From positions 608,001 to 672,000 of the forward strand of contig CAVTMK010000004.1 of NCBI GenBank assembly GCA_963735805.1: DNA of 64,000 nt, in the 5' to 3' direction. This DNA comes from an uncultured Verrucomicrobiae bacterium. GTDB lineage: Bacteria; Verrucomicrobiota; Verrucomicrobiia; Chthoniobacterales; UBA10450. How positions within the stretch are numbered: position 1 is the first letter of the stretch; each line of letters opens with the position of its first letter. A program made the position numbers and the translations under genes. Below are positions 55,970-64,000 of this stretch, one piece after another. Below the pieces are notes generated by a model. The model was not told where the DNA came from, made no database searches, and saw only the letters and a program-made list of their open reading frames with translations.

Positions 55970-57658
55970 TCAGGGCGGGTAAATGATTTCGCCACCAATC
56001 ACAGTCATTTCATTTCGGGTTTCAAGGATTTCCGCCTCTGGAATTTTCATGATGTCTTGGGAGAGGACAGTGAAATCAGCGAGCTTGCCCACTTCGATCG
56101 AGCCCTTGTCTCTTTCTTCAAACGCGGCGTAGGCGGGCCAGATCGTAAACATTTTCACCGCATCTTCACGCGAGACGGCCTGTTCGGGATGCCAGCCTTC
56201 GCCTGACTCGCCCTTGATGCTTTTGCGCGCAACGGCAGCGTAGAATTCGATCATCGGTTCGCCCCGTTCGACTGGCGCGTCGGATCCTCCTGCAATGATG
56301 CAGCCGCTCTTGAGAAAGCTTTGCCATGCATACGCGCCTGCAAGACGGTCCATTCCAAGTCGAGCGGGAGCAAAGAACAAGTCGCTGATCGCATGCGAAG
56401 GCTGCATCGAGGGGATCACGCCAAGTTTAGCGAATCGGGGAAGATCGACAGGATCGACAATCTGCGCATGTTCAACTCGCCAGCGGGGGTCGCGAATTTT
56501 TCGTTTGTCAGACGGTACGGCTTTAAACGCTTGTTCGTAAAGATCAAGAATCAATCGGTTGGCCCGGTCGCCGATCGCGTGTGTTTCGACCTGAATACCG
56601 CGCCGAAGTGCTTCATCAAACATCGGCCGAAGCTCTTCGGGTTTCTCTGTGAGAAAACCGGACGTTTCCGGCGTGTCGCTGTACGGTTTCAACAGAGCCG
56701 CGCCCCGAGAGCCAAGCGCACCGTCGAATATCACTTTGATCGTACGCTGGGTGAAATGGTGATCGAAAGCGTTAATGGTCGGCCCGTCCCGCAAGAAATT
56801 CTGCGCATCTGCGCCGGGACCGTAGACGGCGTTGATGAACCGAATTTTGATTTTGCTCGCCTCGAACGCTTTCCGGATAAGATCAACGTCTGCTTTGTAA
56901 CTGCCGGCGTTCTGGATCTCACACCATCCGAGTTTGATTTCGCGTTCGATTCCACGCAGCAATGCTTCTTCGCGCTCAGCGTCTGTAGGCTTTGGGATAT
57001 TTTTCGCTACAAGGTCCTGCGCGTTGTCGAGCAACATCCCATTCGGTTCGCCGTTCTGTTTTAAAATCTGGCCGCCAAAAGGATCCGGCGTGTCCTTGTC
57101 AATTCTGGCGATTTTTAGCGCGGCCGAATTAGCAACTGAAGCGTGGCCATCTGCGCGCGTAAGAAAAACAGGATGGTCAGGCGCGATCTTGTCGAGCTCC
57201 TCGCGCTTTGGAAATTGCGGCGGTTTCCAAAACGTTTCGATCCATCCACGTCCGGTGATCCATTTACCTTGGGCCGTTTTGTGGACGCGTTCCTTCACCC
57301 TGGCCAGAAAATCTTCAAGTGAAGTTGTCCCTTCCAGGTTCAATCGCATTTCGCGTTCACCGATCCCAAAAATGTGGCAATGCGAATCGGTGAAGCCGGG
57401 CACGACCGTGCGACCGTGAAGATCGACCATTTTCGCAGGGTGAAATTTTTTCGCGTCTTCATTTGAACCGACAAACAGCACACGTCCATTTTTCGACGCT
57501 ATGGCTTCGACGCGCGGCTGGCGGTCGTTGACCGTGTAAACGTTCCCATTTGTTAGAAGGAGATCGACCTCTTCTGCCTGTGCCACTGCCCCAATGAAAA
57601 ACCCAAGCAGAAAGAACACCAGTCGTTTTCGTGTGAAGTTCACCGAACGTCCTCTCAA
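55970..57658 (-). CDS. Amidohydrolase_3 (YtcJ-like), secreted
   Basis: PGF.DSHCH, DGH, DGALGSR.A, HAIGD, RVEHAQ and GSDAP; signal peptide. Start may be GTG 57643. Confidence 0.9.
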   Translation of the reverse strand: MRGRSVNFTRKRLVFFLLGFFIGAVAQAEEVDLLLTNGNVYTVNDRQPRVEAIASKNGRVLFVGSNEDAKKFHPAKMVDLHGRTVVPGFTDSHCHIFGIGEREMRLNLEGTTSLEDFLARVKERVHKTAQGKWITGRGWIETFWKPPQFPKREELDKIAPDHPVFLTRADGHASVANSAALKIARIDKDTPDPFGGQILKQNGEPNGMLLDNAQDLVAKNIPKPTDAEREEALLRGIEREIKLGWCEIQNAGSYKADVDLIRKAFEASKIKIRFINAVYGPGADAQNFLRDGPTINAFDHHFTQRTIKVIFDGALGSRGAALLKPYSDTPETSGFLTEKPEELRPMFDEALRRGIQVETHAIGDRANRLILDLYEQAFKAVPSDKRKIRDPRWRVEHAQIVDPVDLPRFAKLGVIPSMQPSHAISDLFFAPARLGMDRLAGAYAWQSFLKSGCIIAGGSDAPVERGEPMIEFYAAVARKSIKGESGEGWHPEQAVSREDAVKMFTIWPAYAAFEERDKGSIEVGKLADFTVLSQDIMKIPEAEILETRNEMTVIGGEIIYPP

Positions 57659-57981
57659 AGCTGCGGAGTTGAAGCTGACAGCTTCCTCTTCGGAATCAAT
57701 ATCGCGCTTCCGTGCTTGACGTGCCGCCGAACTTTTGACGTCATCAGTTTTGCCGACTGTTTGCTTTCTGTATCGGAAAAGCGAACGCTTTTGTCGGTAT
57801 GGGATTGAATAATGAATTTTCTTTTGCTACCGCTGGACAGATTTATAGAATCTTGGTTTCCCCTCAGGCGAAAAAGAAACCTTAACCCTTTTTGGACTGT
57901 CTGAACGCAGCGCATTTTGATTTCAACGTTGATTTGTTGTGGTGGCTGGTGTTGTCCGGAGCCGCATTTGCGTGATATCCC

Positions 57982-58707
57982 ATGGCCAACTTCTTTCCAC
58001 GCTGGACCAACTGGATACCGCTAAAACTGGTGGTGTGCGGCATCATTGCGGTCTGTGGATTGACCGCAGCTACCTGGTATTACGCGACGCCAAAGTACAC
58101 CAAAATTGGCTACGAACCGATCCAGCCGGTGCCGTTTCCGCACGACATCCATGTGACGCAACTGGGAATGGATTGCCGCTATTGCCATAGCTTTGTGGAA
58201 ATGGCGGCCCAGTCCAATGTGCCGAATACTCAGACCTGCATGAATTGCCATACGCAGGTGCAAAAGGATAATCCGAAACTGGAGCCGGTGCGGACCAGCT
58301 GGAAAACGGGTAATCCGGTGGAATGGGTGTGGATCTATCGCACCGTCGATTACGTTTATTACAATCACGCGGCGCACGTGAACCGCGGCATCAGCTGTTT
58401 CAGTTGCCACGGCTCGGTCAATCATATGTCGACGGTGTATCTCGCCAAACCGCATAGCATGGCGTGGTGCCTTGAATGCCATCGGCATCCGGAGAATTTT
58501 TTGCGGCCCGAAGATCAGGTTTTCAATCTCGATTGGAAACCGGACGATGTGAAACCGGTGGAATTTGTGGCGAAGTACGGGCAGCCGCATGACGCCGGCG
58601 AGGATTTTTCAAAGAAGAAGAAACTAACCCAGGAGGAGATTGGCCAGACATTGAAAGAACACTGGAACATCAATCCGCCGACAAACTGTCAGGGGTGCCA
58701 CCGATGA
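57982..58707 (+). CDS. actA: Second ACIII pentaheme cytochrome c ActA
   Basis: TM, QPVPFPH and five CxxCH (CRYCH, CMNCH, CFSCH, CLECH, CQGCH). Confidence 0.93.
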   Translation: MANFFPRWTNWIPLKLVVCGIIAVCGLTAATWYYATPKYTKIGYEPIQPVPFPHDIHVTQLGMDCRYCHSFVEMAAQSNVPNTQTCMNCHTQVQKDNPKLEPVRTSWKTGNPVEWVWIYRTVDYVYYNHAAHVNRGISCFSCHGSVNHMSTVYLAKPHSMAWCLECHRHPENFLRPEDQVFNLDWKPDDVKPVEFVAKYGQPHDAGEDFSKKKKLTQEEIGQTLKEHWNINPPTNCQGCHR

Positions 58708-61700
58708 AACGCGTATTCAAGCATCCACCGGAGCCGCCAAACGGCAAGCGTTACTGGCGCAGCCTGGGCGAATACAGTGATTCGCCCGAATTCCGGCAGT
58801 GGCTGGAACGCGAATTTCCACAGGGCGCAGCAGAGCTGAACGGCGACGAATGGTCGCGACGCGATTTTGTGAAACTGATGGGGGCATCCATGGCGCTCGC
58901 CGGGGTCGGCCTAACGAGTTGTCGCAGACCGGAGCTGCACCTCGTTCCGTTTACAAAAAACGTTGAGTGGACGATTCCCGGAAAATTTCTCTACTACGCG
59001 ACGGCAATGCCGCGGCGCAACGGCGCCATTCCACTGCTCGCCACAACCGTGGACGGACGTCCAATCAAGCTGGAGGGCAATCCGTTGCATCCGGCGACTG
59101 GTGGCGCGACAGACACGTTCACTCAGGCGTCGATTCTGGACCTATACGATCCAACCCGATCCAAACGGTTTGTCCGTGATGGGAAAACGAGCAAGCGCGA
59201 AGATTTCGAGGCTTACCTCAGCGACGTTCGCAATAAGCTTCTCGCCGATCGCGGCGACAGCGTGGCGTTTCTTGTGGAAGAAACAAATTCGCCAACGCGC
59301 GAGCGGTTGCGGGCCGAGTTGGAAAAAAATCTTCCGGGCATGCGCTGGTGTGTTTACGAACCGCTTTTGAGTCAGGGCTCGATCGCAGCCACGCAGAATG
59401 CGTTTGGCGCTGGGGCACGCCTGATTCCCAAATTCGATCGAGCCGATGTGATTCTCGCTTTGGACAGCGATTTTCTTGATTGCGGCCAGGGCGATTTGGC
59501 GTCCGTACGCGCATTCAGCTCGCGTCGGCGTGTGAGCACGCCCAAAGACAGCATGAACCGGCTGTATGTTGTGGAAAGTCGGTTCACGCTCACGGGTGCG
59601 ATGGCAGACCATCGGCTCCGTTGTCCGGCTAGCCAGATCGCCGCGATAACGCACGCGCTCGCAGCTAAAATTCTGGCGGGAACAAGCGATTCGAGTCTTG
59701 GGTCGGTCATGGGAAATTTCCAGGCACCGCCCTCGAGTTCGTCCGGGGCTGCGACCTTCGACGAGACATGGATCAGCGGTTTGGCAAATGATCTAATGGC
59801 AAAACCGGGAGCCAGTCTGGTGCTCGTTGGTCCATCTCAGCCGGTCGGAGTGCAATTACTTGCGTACGCGATCAACGCGGCACTCAAAAATCTCGGCCAG
59901 ACCTTGCTCGTTCGCCAAACCCCGCATAACCCACGAACAATCGAGATATCGCAACTCGCAGCTGACATTAATGACGGGCGCATCAAGCATCTTTTCATTC
60001 TTGGAGGCGACCCGGTTTACAACGCGCCGCGCGGATTGGCTCAGGACAAACAAAAGAATCTCCCGCTAGATTGGTCCGAACTGCAAAAACGGGTACCCGA
60101 GATCGTGCGGCTCGGTTATCACGAGGATGCCACATCGGCGTTGAGCCAATGGCACGTCCCGGCCGCACATTTCCTGGAATCATGGGGGGATGCGGTTACT
60201 GCGGATGGCGAGTACTTGTCGATTCAGCCGATGATTTTGCCGATCTTCGGCGGTCTTTCGGAAATCGAGTTTCTCAACGCATTGCTAGGTGGACCCAAAA
60301 CCGAAGGACCAGAGCTGATCCAGGAAACGTTCCGGTCTACAAATCCGGCTGGCGATTTTCCAACCGCCTGGTCGCGTTTCCTTCACGATGGTTTTGCGGC
60401 GCACGTTCAGCCGCGTGATCAGCCCTCGGCCTTCAATGCAAATGCAGGTACCCCGCAGAATCAAAGTCCGTGGACGTTGCCGCCGGCGCCGACGCCCGAT
60501 TCACCCGAAGTTGTGCTGACAGCCAGCTATTCGATGGACGACGGCCGCTATGCTAACAACGGCTGGCTTCAAGAATTACCTGATCCAATCACAAAGCTTA
60601 CCTGGGATAACGCGGCACTAATGAGTCCCGCTTTTTCCAAAAAGCTTGGCGTCTCGACTGGTGATCTGGTGCAGATCACAATTAACGAAAAGAGCGAGGG
60701 CGGGCAGCCGGTCAGGCGCGAACTAGTCATCGCGGCGCTGGTATCGCCAGGCCACGCCGAAAATTCCGTTACTGTCCCGCTGGGCTATGGCCGAAAAATG
60801 CCGGAGTTAAATGCGCTGCCATACGCGGGTGGAGGACTGAAAGAGGAACCGAAGATTGCCGAGCAGGGCGGTTTCAATGGTTATTTTCTACGCACGGCGG
60901 CAAATCCGTACTTTGTCGTCGCGGGAGGGCAGGGGATCGAGAGTGTCAGCGTATCAAAAGTTGGTCGCGCTTATCCGTTCTCAATTATGCAGGAGCAGTT
61001 CAGCATCGAAGGTCGCGGTCTTGTCCGTGAGGCGACGCTGGAAGGCTACCGTGAAAACAATGAGTTTGCGAAAAAGATTCCCGGTGAGGAAGAACTGTCC
61101 CACCCGCCGCCAAGCATCTATACACACCCGCCGCTGAAAGCGCCCCAGCAGTGGGGAATGAGTATCGATTTGAACGTGTGCACCGGGTGTAGCGCCTGTG
61201 TGGTCGCATGCCAGGCGGAGAATAACGTCCCCGTGGTCGGCAAGCTACAGGTGTCGCATGGCCGAATCATGCACTGGCTACGAATTGATCGCTATTATGC
61301 TAGCCGCAAACCGTACAATCAGGACCGCGGCGACTGGCCGGAGGATGCTGAGATCGTACATCAGCCGATGCCCTGTCAGCATTGCGAGAATGCGCCGTGC
61401 GAAACGGTTTGCCCGGTCAATGCCACCGTTCACAGCGAGGACGGTCTAAACGTCATGGCTTACAATCGCTGTGTCGGTACGCGATTTTGCTCGAATAACT
61501 GCCCGTACAAGGTGCGCCGGTTTAATTTCTTTGATTACAATCAAAGGCCCGTCGGCAAGAGGAAGGTCGCCGGCGCTTTCAGCATCTTCGAAGAATATTT
61601 CGCGCCGCTCACCGTTAAGGGCGCGCCGGACACGATCAAGATGCAAAAAAATCCGAACGTGACGGTGCGCATGCGCGGCGTAATGGAAAAATGCAGCTTC

Positions 61701-62021
61701 TGTGTGCAACGCATTGAAGAAGCGAAAATCGCGGCGCTGGCACGCGCTGGCGCTTCTTCGGATACGCTGATCCCGCGCGATTCGTTTACCACGGCGTGCG
61801 CCCAAGCGTGTCCGACGGAGGCGATTGTCTTTGGCGACATTAAAGATCCGCAAAGCCACGTCTCAAAAATGAAGGAACAGGACCGCAATTACCGAATTCT
61901 TGATTATCTGAACGTCGTCCCGCGAGTGAGTTACCTCGCGCGCATTCGTAACCCCAACCCAAAAATGCCGGACGCGAAAAACATCGGAGTCGCAAGCCTG
62001 GTGGAGAAATTGCCGGAATGA
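58704..62021 (+). CDS. actB: Second ACIII ActB
   Basis: YWRSL, Tat SRRDFVK...TSC, DGRP.KLEGNP, NNGWLQELPDP and four Fe-S motifs. ATG 58704 overlaps the actA stop. Confidence 0.94.
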   Translation: MKRVFKHPPEPPNGKRYWRSLGEYSDSPEFRQWLEREFPQGAAELNGDEWSRRDFVKLMGASMALAGVGLTSCRRPELHLVPFTKNVEWTIPGKFLYYATAMPRRNGAIPLLATTVDGRPIKLEGNPLHPATGGATDTFTQASILDLYDPTRSKRFVRDGKTSKREDFEAYLSDVRNKLLADRGDSVAFLVEETNSPTRERLRAELEKNLPGMRWCVYEPLLSQGSIAATQNAFGAGARLIPKFDRADVILALDSDFLDCGQGDLASVRAFSSRRRVSTPKDSMNRLYVVESRFTLTGAMADHRLRCPASQIAAITHALAAKILAGTSDSSLGSVMGNFQAPPSSSSGAATFDETWISGLANDLMAKPGASLVLVGPSQPVGVQLLAYAINAALKNLGQTLLVRQTPHNPRTIEISQLAADINDGRIKHLFILGGDPVYNAPRGLAQDKQKNLPLDWSELQKRVPEIVRLGYHEDATSALSQWHVPAAHFLESWGDAVTADGEYLSIQPMILPIFGGLSEIEFLNALLGGPKTEGPELIQETFRSTNPAGDFPTAWSRFLHDGFAAHVQPRDQPSAFNANAGTPQNQSPWTLPPAPTPDSPEVVLTASYSMDDGRYANNGWLQELPDPITKLTWDNAALMSPAFSKKLGVSTGDLVQITINEKSEGGQPVRRELVIAALVSPGHAENSVTVPLGYGRKMPELNALPYAGGGLKEEPKIAEQGGFNGYFLRTAANPYFVVAGGQGIESVSVSKVGRAYPFSIMQEQFSIEGRGLVREATLEGYRENNEFAKKIPGEEELSHPPPSIYTHPPLKAPQQWGMSIDLNVCTGCSACVVACQAENNVPVVGKLQVSHGRIMHWLRIDRYYASRKPYNQDRGDWPEDAEIVHQPMPCQHCENAPCETVCPVNATVHSEDGLNVMAYNRCVGTRFCSNNCPYKVRRFNFFDYNQRPVGKRKVAGAFSIFEEYFAPLTVKGAPDTIKMQKNPNVTVRMRGVMEKCSFCVQRIEEAKIAALARAGASSDTLIPRDSFTTACAQACPTEAIVFGDIKDPQSHVSKMKEQDRNYRILDYLNVVPRVSYLARIRNPNPKMPDAKNIGVASLVEKLPE

Positions 62022-62071
62022 ACCAAACCGAAATAACAAAGTTAGGCTTCGATTTGGCGCTCGTACTGGCG

Positions 62072-62187
62072 TGTCCTCGTGAGCGGAGCGAAGGAACTCA
62101 TACAGACTCCGCAACCCACACAAGAGTTCCAGGTATGATGGGTTACCTACTTGGAGGTCTCTCGCCGTCTGCGCGGCTCGGGATAAC
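62072..62187. repeat. About 115-bp palindromic element (same family as 39628-39742) inside the act operon
   Basis: Reverse complement reads GTTATCCCGAGCCGCGCAGACGGCGAGAGACCTC...TGAGTTCCTTCGCTCCGCTCACGAGGACA, matching both arms of the 39.6 kb copy. Confidence 0.72.
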
Positions 62188-62199
62188 TGAGATCTAAGT

Positions 62200-63648
62200 A
62201 TGGACGCAGCACCAACAGCACCTCAGACCATTAGCGAGACGGAGAAGGAGGTTAGGCGTATCCCGCTTGTTCTGCACCAGCGCAATTTCAGCTGGTTGAC
62301 GGAGCGAATTTCCGGAGTGGTGGAACAACCCGCACCGCGCTGGTGGTGGGTCGCATTTGCCATCACCTCCAGCGTCGCGACGTTCGGTCTTTTTTGCATT
62401 GGCTATCTAATTTCTACCGGTGTTGGGGTGTGGGGAAATAACATTCCCGTCGGATGGGCCTGGGGCATCACAAACTTCGTTTTCTGGATCGGCATTGGAC
62501 ATGCCGGAACGCTGATCTCAGCCATCCTGTACTTACTCCGGCAAAAATGGCGCACGTCGATCAATCGTTCCGCGGAAGCAATGACCCTGTTTGCGGTGAT
62601 TTGTGCGGCGATTTTCCCCGGCATTCACGTCGGCCGATTCTGGATGGCGTGGTACCTGGCGCCGATACCTAACAATTGGGCAATCTGGCAAAATTTCCGC
62701 AGCGCATTGATGTGGGACGTGTTTGCGGTTTCGACCTATTTCACGGTTTCGGTATTGTTTTGGTATACGGGTTTGATTCCGGATTTGGCCACCTTGCGGG
62801 ACCGGGCAACCACAAAGGTTAGGAAGTTTCTTTTCGGAATTTTCGCTTGCGGCTGGCGCGGCTCGAATCGCAACTGGCGTCATTATGAGATGGCGTATCT
62901 GCTATTGGCCGGTCTTTCCACGCCGCTGGTTCTTTCGGTGCACAGCGTGGTATCGTTCGACTTCGCCAGCACACTTTTGCCGACGTGGCACACCACAATT
63001 TTCCCGCCTTACTTCGTTGCCGGTGCGATCTTCGGCGGGTTTGCAATGGTGTTGACCTTGCTTTTGCCAGCGCGCGCAATTTTCAAGCTACACGATGTCA
63101 TCACCCCGCAACACGTCGACAAGATGGCAAAGATCATTTTGTTGACAGGTTCCTTCGTCGCTTACGCGTATTCGATGGAGTTTTTCATTGCTTGGTACAG
63201 CGGCAATTCCTATGAGCGTTTTGCTTTTTGGAACCGGATCTTTGGTCCTTACTGGTGGTACTGGTGGCTCGGCATGCTTTTCTGCAATTGCCTGTCGCCA
63301 CAACTCTTCTGGTTCAAGTGGTGCCGCCGGAATGTGTTCGTCGTCTTTTTTGTGTGCATGTGCGTCAACGCTGGCATGTGGTTTGAGCGCTTTATCATTA
63401 TTGCTGGCGGTTTGATCCGCGATTTTCTGCCGTCGTCCTGGAGGGTGTTTCATCCCACCTGGGTGGATATTTGGACCTACATTGGCACGATCGGGATTTT
63501 CACTTCGCTGTTTCTGATCTTCATCCGTTTTCTGCCGATGATTGCGATGTCAGAGGTGAAAACGGCAGTGCCGGAGGCGGACCCGCATTACGGGCACCCA
63601 CCTGGACCTCAATCTACATCTCCCGGCGCAAAGGAGCGCACACGATGA
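62200..63648 (+). CDS. actC: Second ACIII ActC (NrfD family)
   Basis: [33 protein letters not shown] and [14 protein letters not shown]. Confidence 0.93.
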   Translation: MDAAPTAPQTISETEKEVRRIPLVLHQRNFSWLTERISGVVEQPAPRWWWVAFAITSSVATFGLFCIGYLISTGVGVWGNNIPVGWAWGITNFVFWIGIGHAGTLISAILYLLRQKWRTSINRSAEAMTLFAVICAAIFPGIHVGRFWMAWYLAPIPNNWAIWQNFRSALMWDVFAVSTYFTVSVLFWYTGLIPDLATLRDRATTKVRKFLFGIFACGWRGSNRNWRHYEMAYLLLAGLSTPLVLSVHSVVSFDFASTLLPTWHTTIFPPYFVAGAIFGGFAMVLTLLLPARAIFKLHDVITPQHVDKMAKIILLTGSFVAYAYSMEFFIAWYSGNSYERFAFWNRIFGPYWWYWWLGMLFCNCLSPQLFWFKWCRRNVFVVFFVCMCVNAGMWFERFIIIAGGLIRDFLPSSWRVFHPTWVDIWTYIGTIGIFTSLFLIFIRFLPMIAMSEVKTAVPEADPHYGHPPGPQSTSPGAKERTR

Positions 63649-64000
63649 TGAGGACTCCTGCCGGCCACAAGGTGTACGCCATGGCTGCGGAATATTCTAG
63701 CGCGGCAGCTCTTTACGAAGCAGCCAAACAAGTTCGTGATTCCGGCTTCAAGCGCTGGGACGTTTATTCTCCGTTTCCGATTCACGGAATGGATGAGGCA
63801 ATGGGCCTGGGTAAATCGTGGTTGAGCGGGTGGGTTTTGTTCGGGGGCGTCACTGGCTTTCTAACGGCTGCTGTCGTCGAATTTGGGCCGTCTTCGATTC
63901 TCTACAAGCTCGATGTGCACGGCAAGCCGTGGAATTTTTGGACCGTACCTGCGTTCTTTCCTATCATGTTTGAACTAACGGTTCTTTTCGGGGCGTTCGC
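63645..64000 (+). CDS. actD: Second ACIII ActD (DUF3341), truncated by the window end
   Basis: Manual translation [55 protein letters not shown]...[17 protein letters not shown] overlaps the actC stop. Confidence 0.9.
   Translation, partial: MMRTPAGHKVYAMAAEYSSAAALYEAAKQVRDSGFKRWDVYSPFPIHGMDEAMGLGKSWLSGWVLFGGVTGFLTAAVVEFGPSSILYKLDVHGKPWNFWTVPAFFPIMFELTVLFGAF

Noticed and set aside
57660..57981. FNR/CRP box upstream of the second act operon
   Set aside because: TTGA half-sites are present but there is no correctly spaced TTGAT-N4-ATCAA.
1..64000. CRISPR array, prophage, integrase or transposase
   Set aside because: No regularly spaced direct repeats with spacers and no recognisable mobile-element genes. 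The repeats seen are REP-like or heptameric.

Overview
Bacterial chromosomal window. The 37138 repeat-protein family, the PGNL-type EF-P and the repeat families suggest a soil Verrucomicrobiota/Chthoniobacterales (Ca. Udaeobacter-like) genome; this is inference, not proven. The left half (1-31.6 kb) is a nearly uninterrupted minus-strand respiratory super-cluster. In transcription order it encodes: (1) alternative complex III (actABCDEF, a single-TM gene and SCO); (2) an A2-type caa3 oxidase; (3) group 1h (high-affinity, Hhy-type) [NiFe]-hydrogenase accessory genes; (4) a maturation protease, an unannotated 43-aa single-TM microprotein and hhySL; (5) hypB, hypA, a Ni permease, hypF, a formate/nitrite channel, a degenerate HypC paralogue, hypC, hypD, gmhA and hypE; (6) a selenocysteine formate dehydrogenase. 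The FDH alpha gene is split in the ORF track at an in-frame UGA followed by a textbook SECIS hairpin, and its beta subunit runs off the window edge. This looks like one genetic unit for H2 and formate oxidation coupled to O2 via ACIII-caa3, and is the most interesting system in the window. The middle (31.7-57.7 kb) is housekeeping and envelope genes (PBP1A, kdsD, efp, treY, argS, ptsN, glycosyltransferases, an RRM protein, alkA, an amidohydrolase). A second, divergent ACIII operon starts at 57982 on the plus strand. Several palindromic REP-like and heptamer repeat families are scattered through the window, some in-frame inside genes. No CRISPR, rRNA, convincing tRNA or transposase was seen. 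Family assignments are by motif recognition only; no searches were run.
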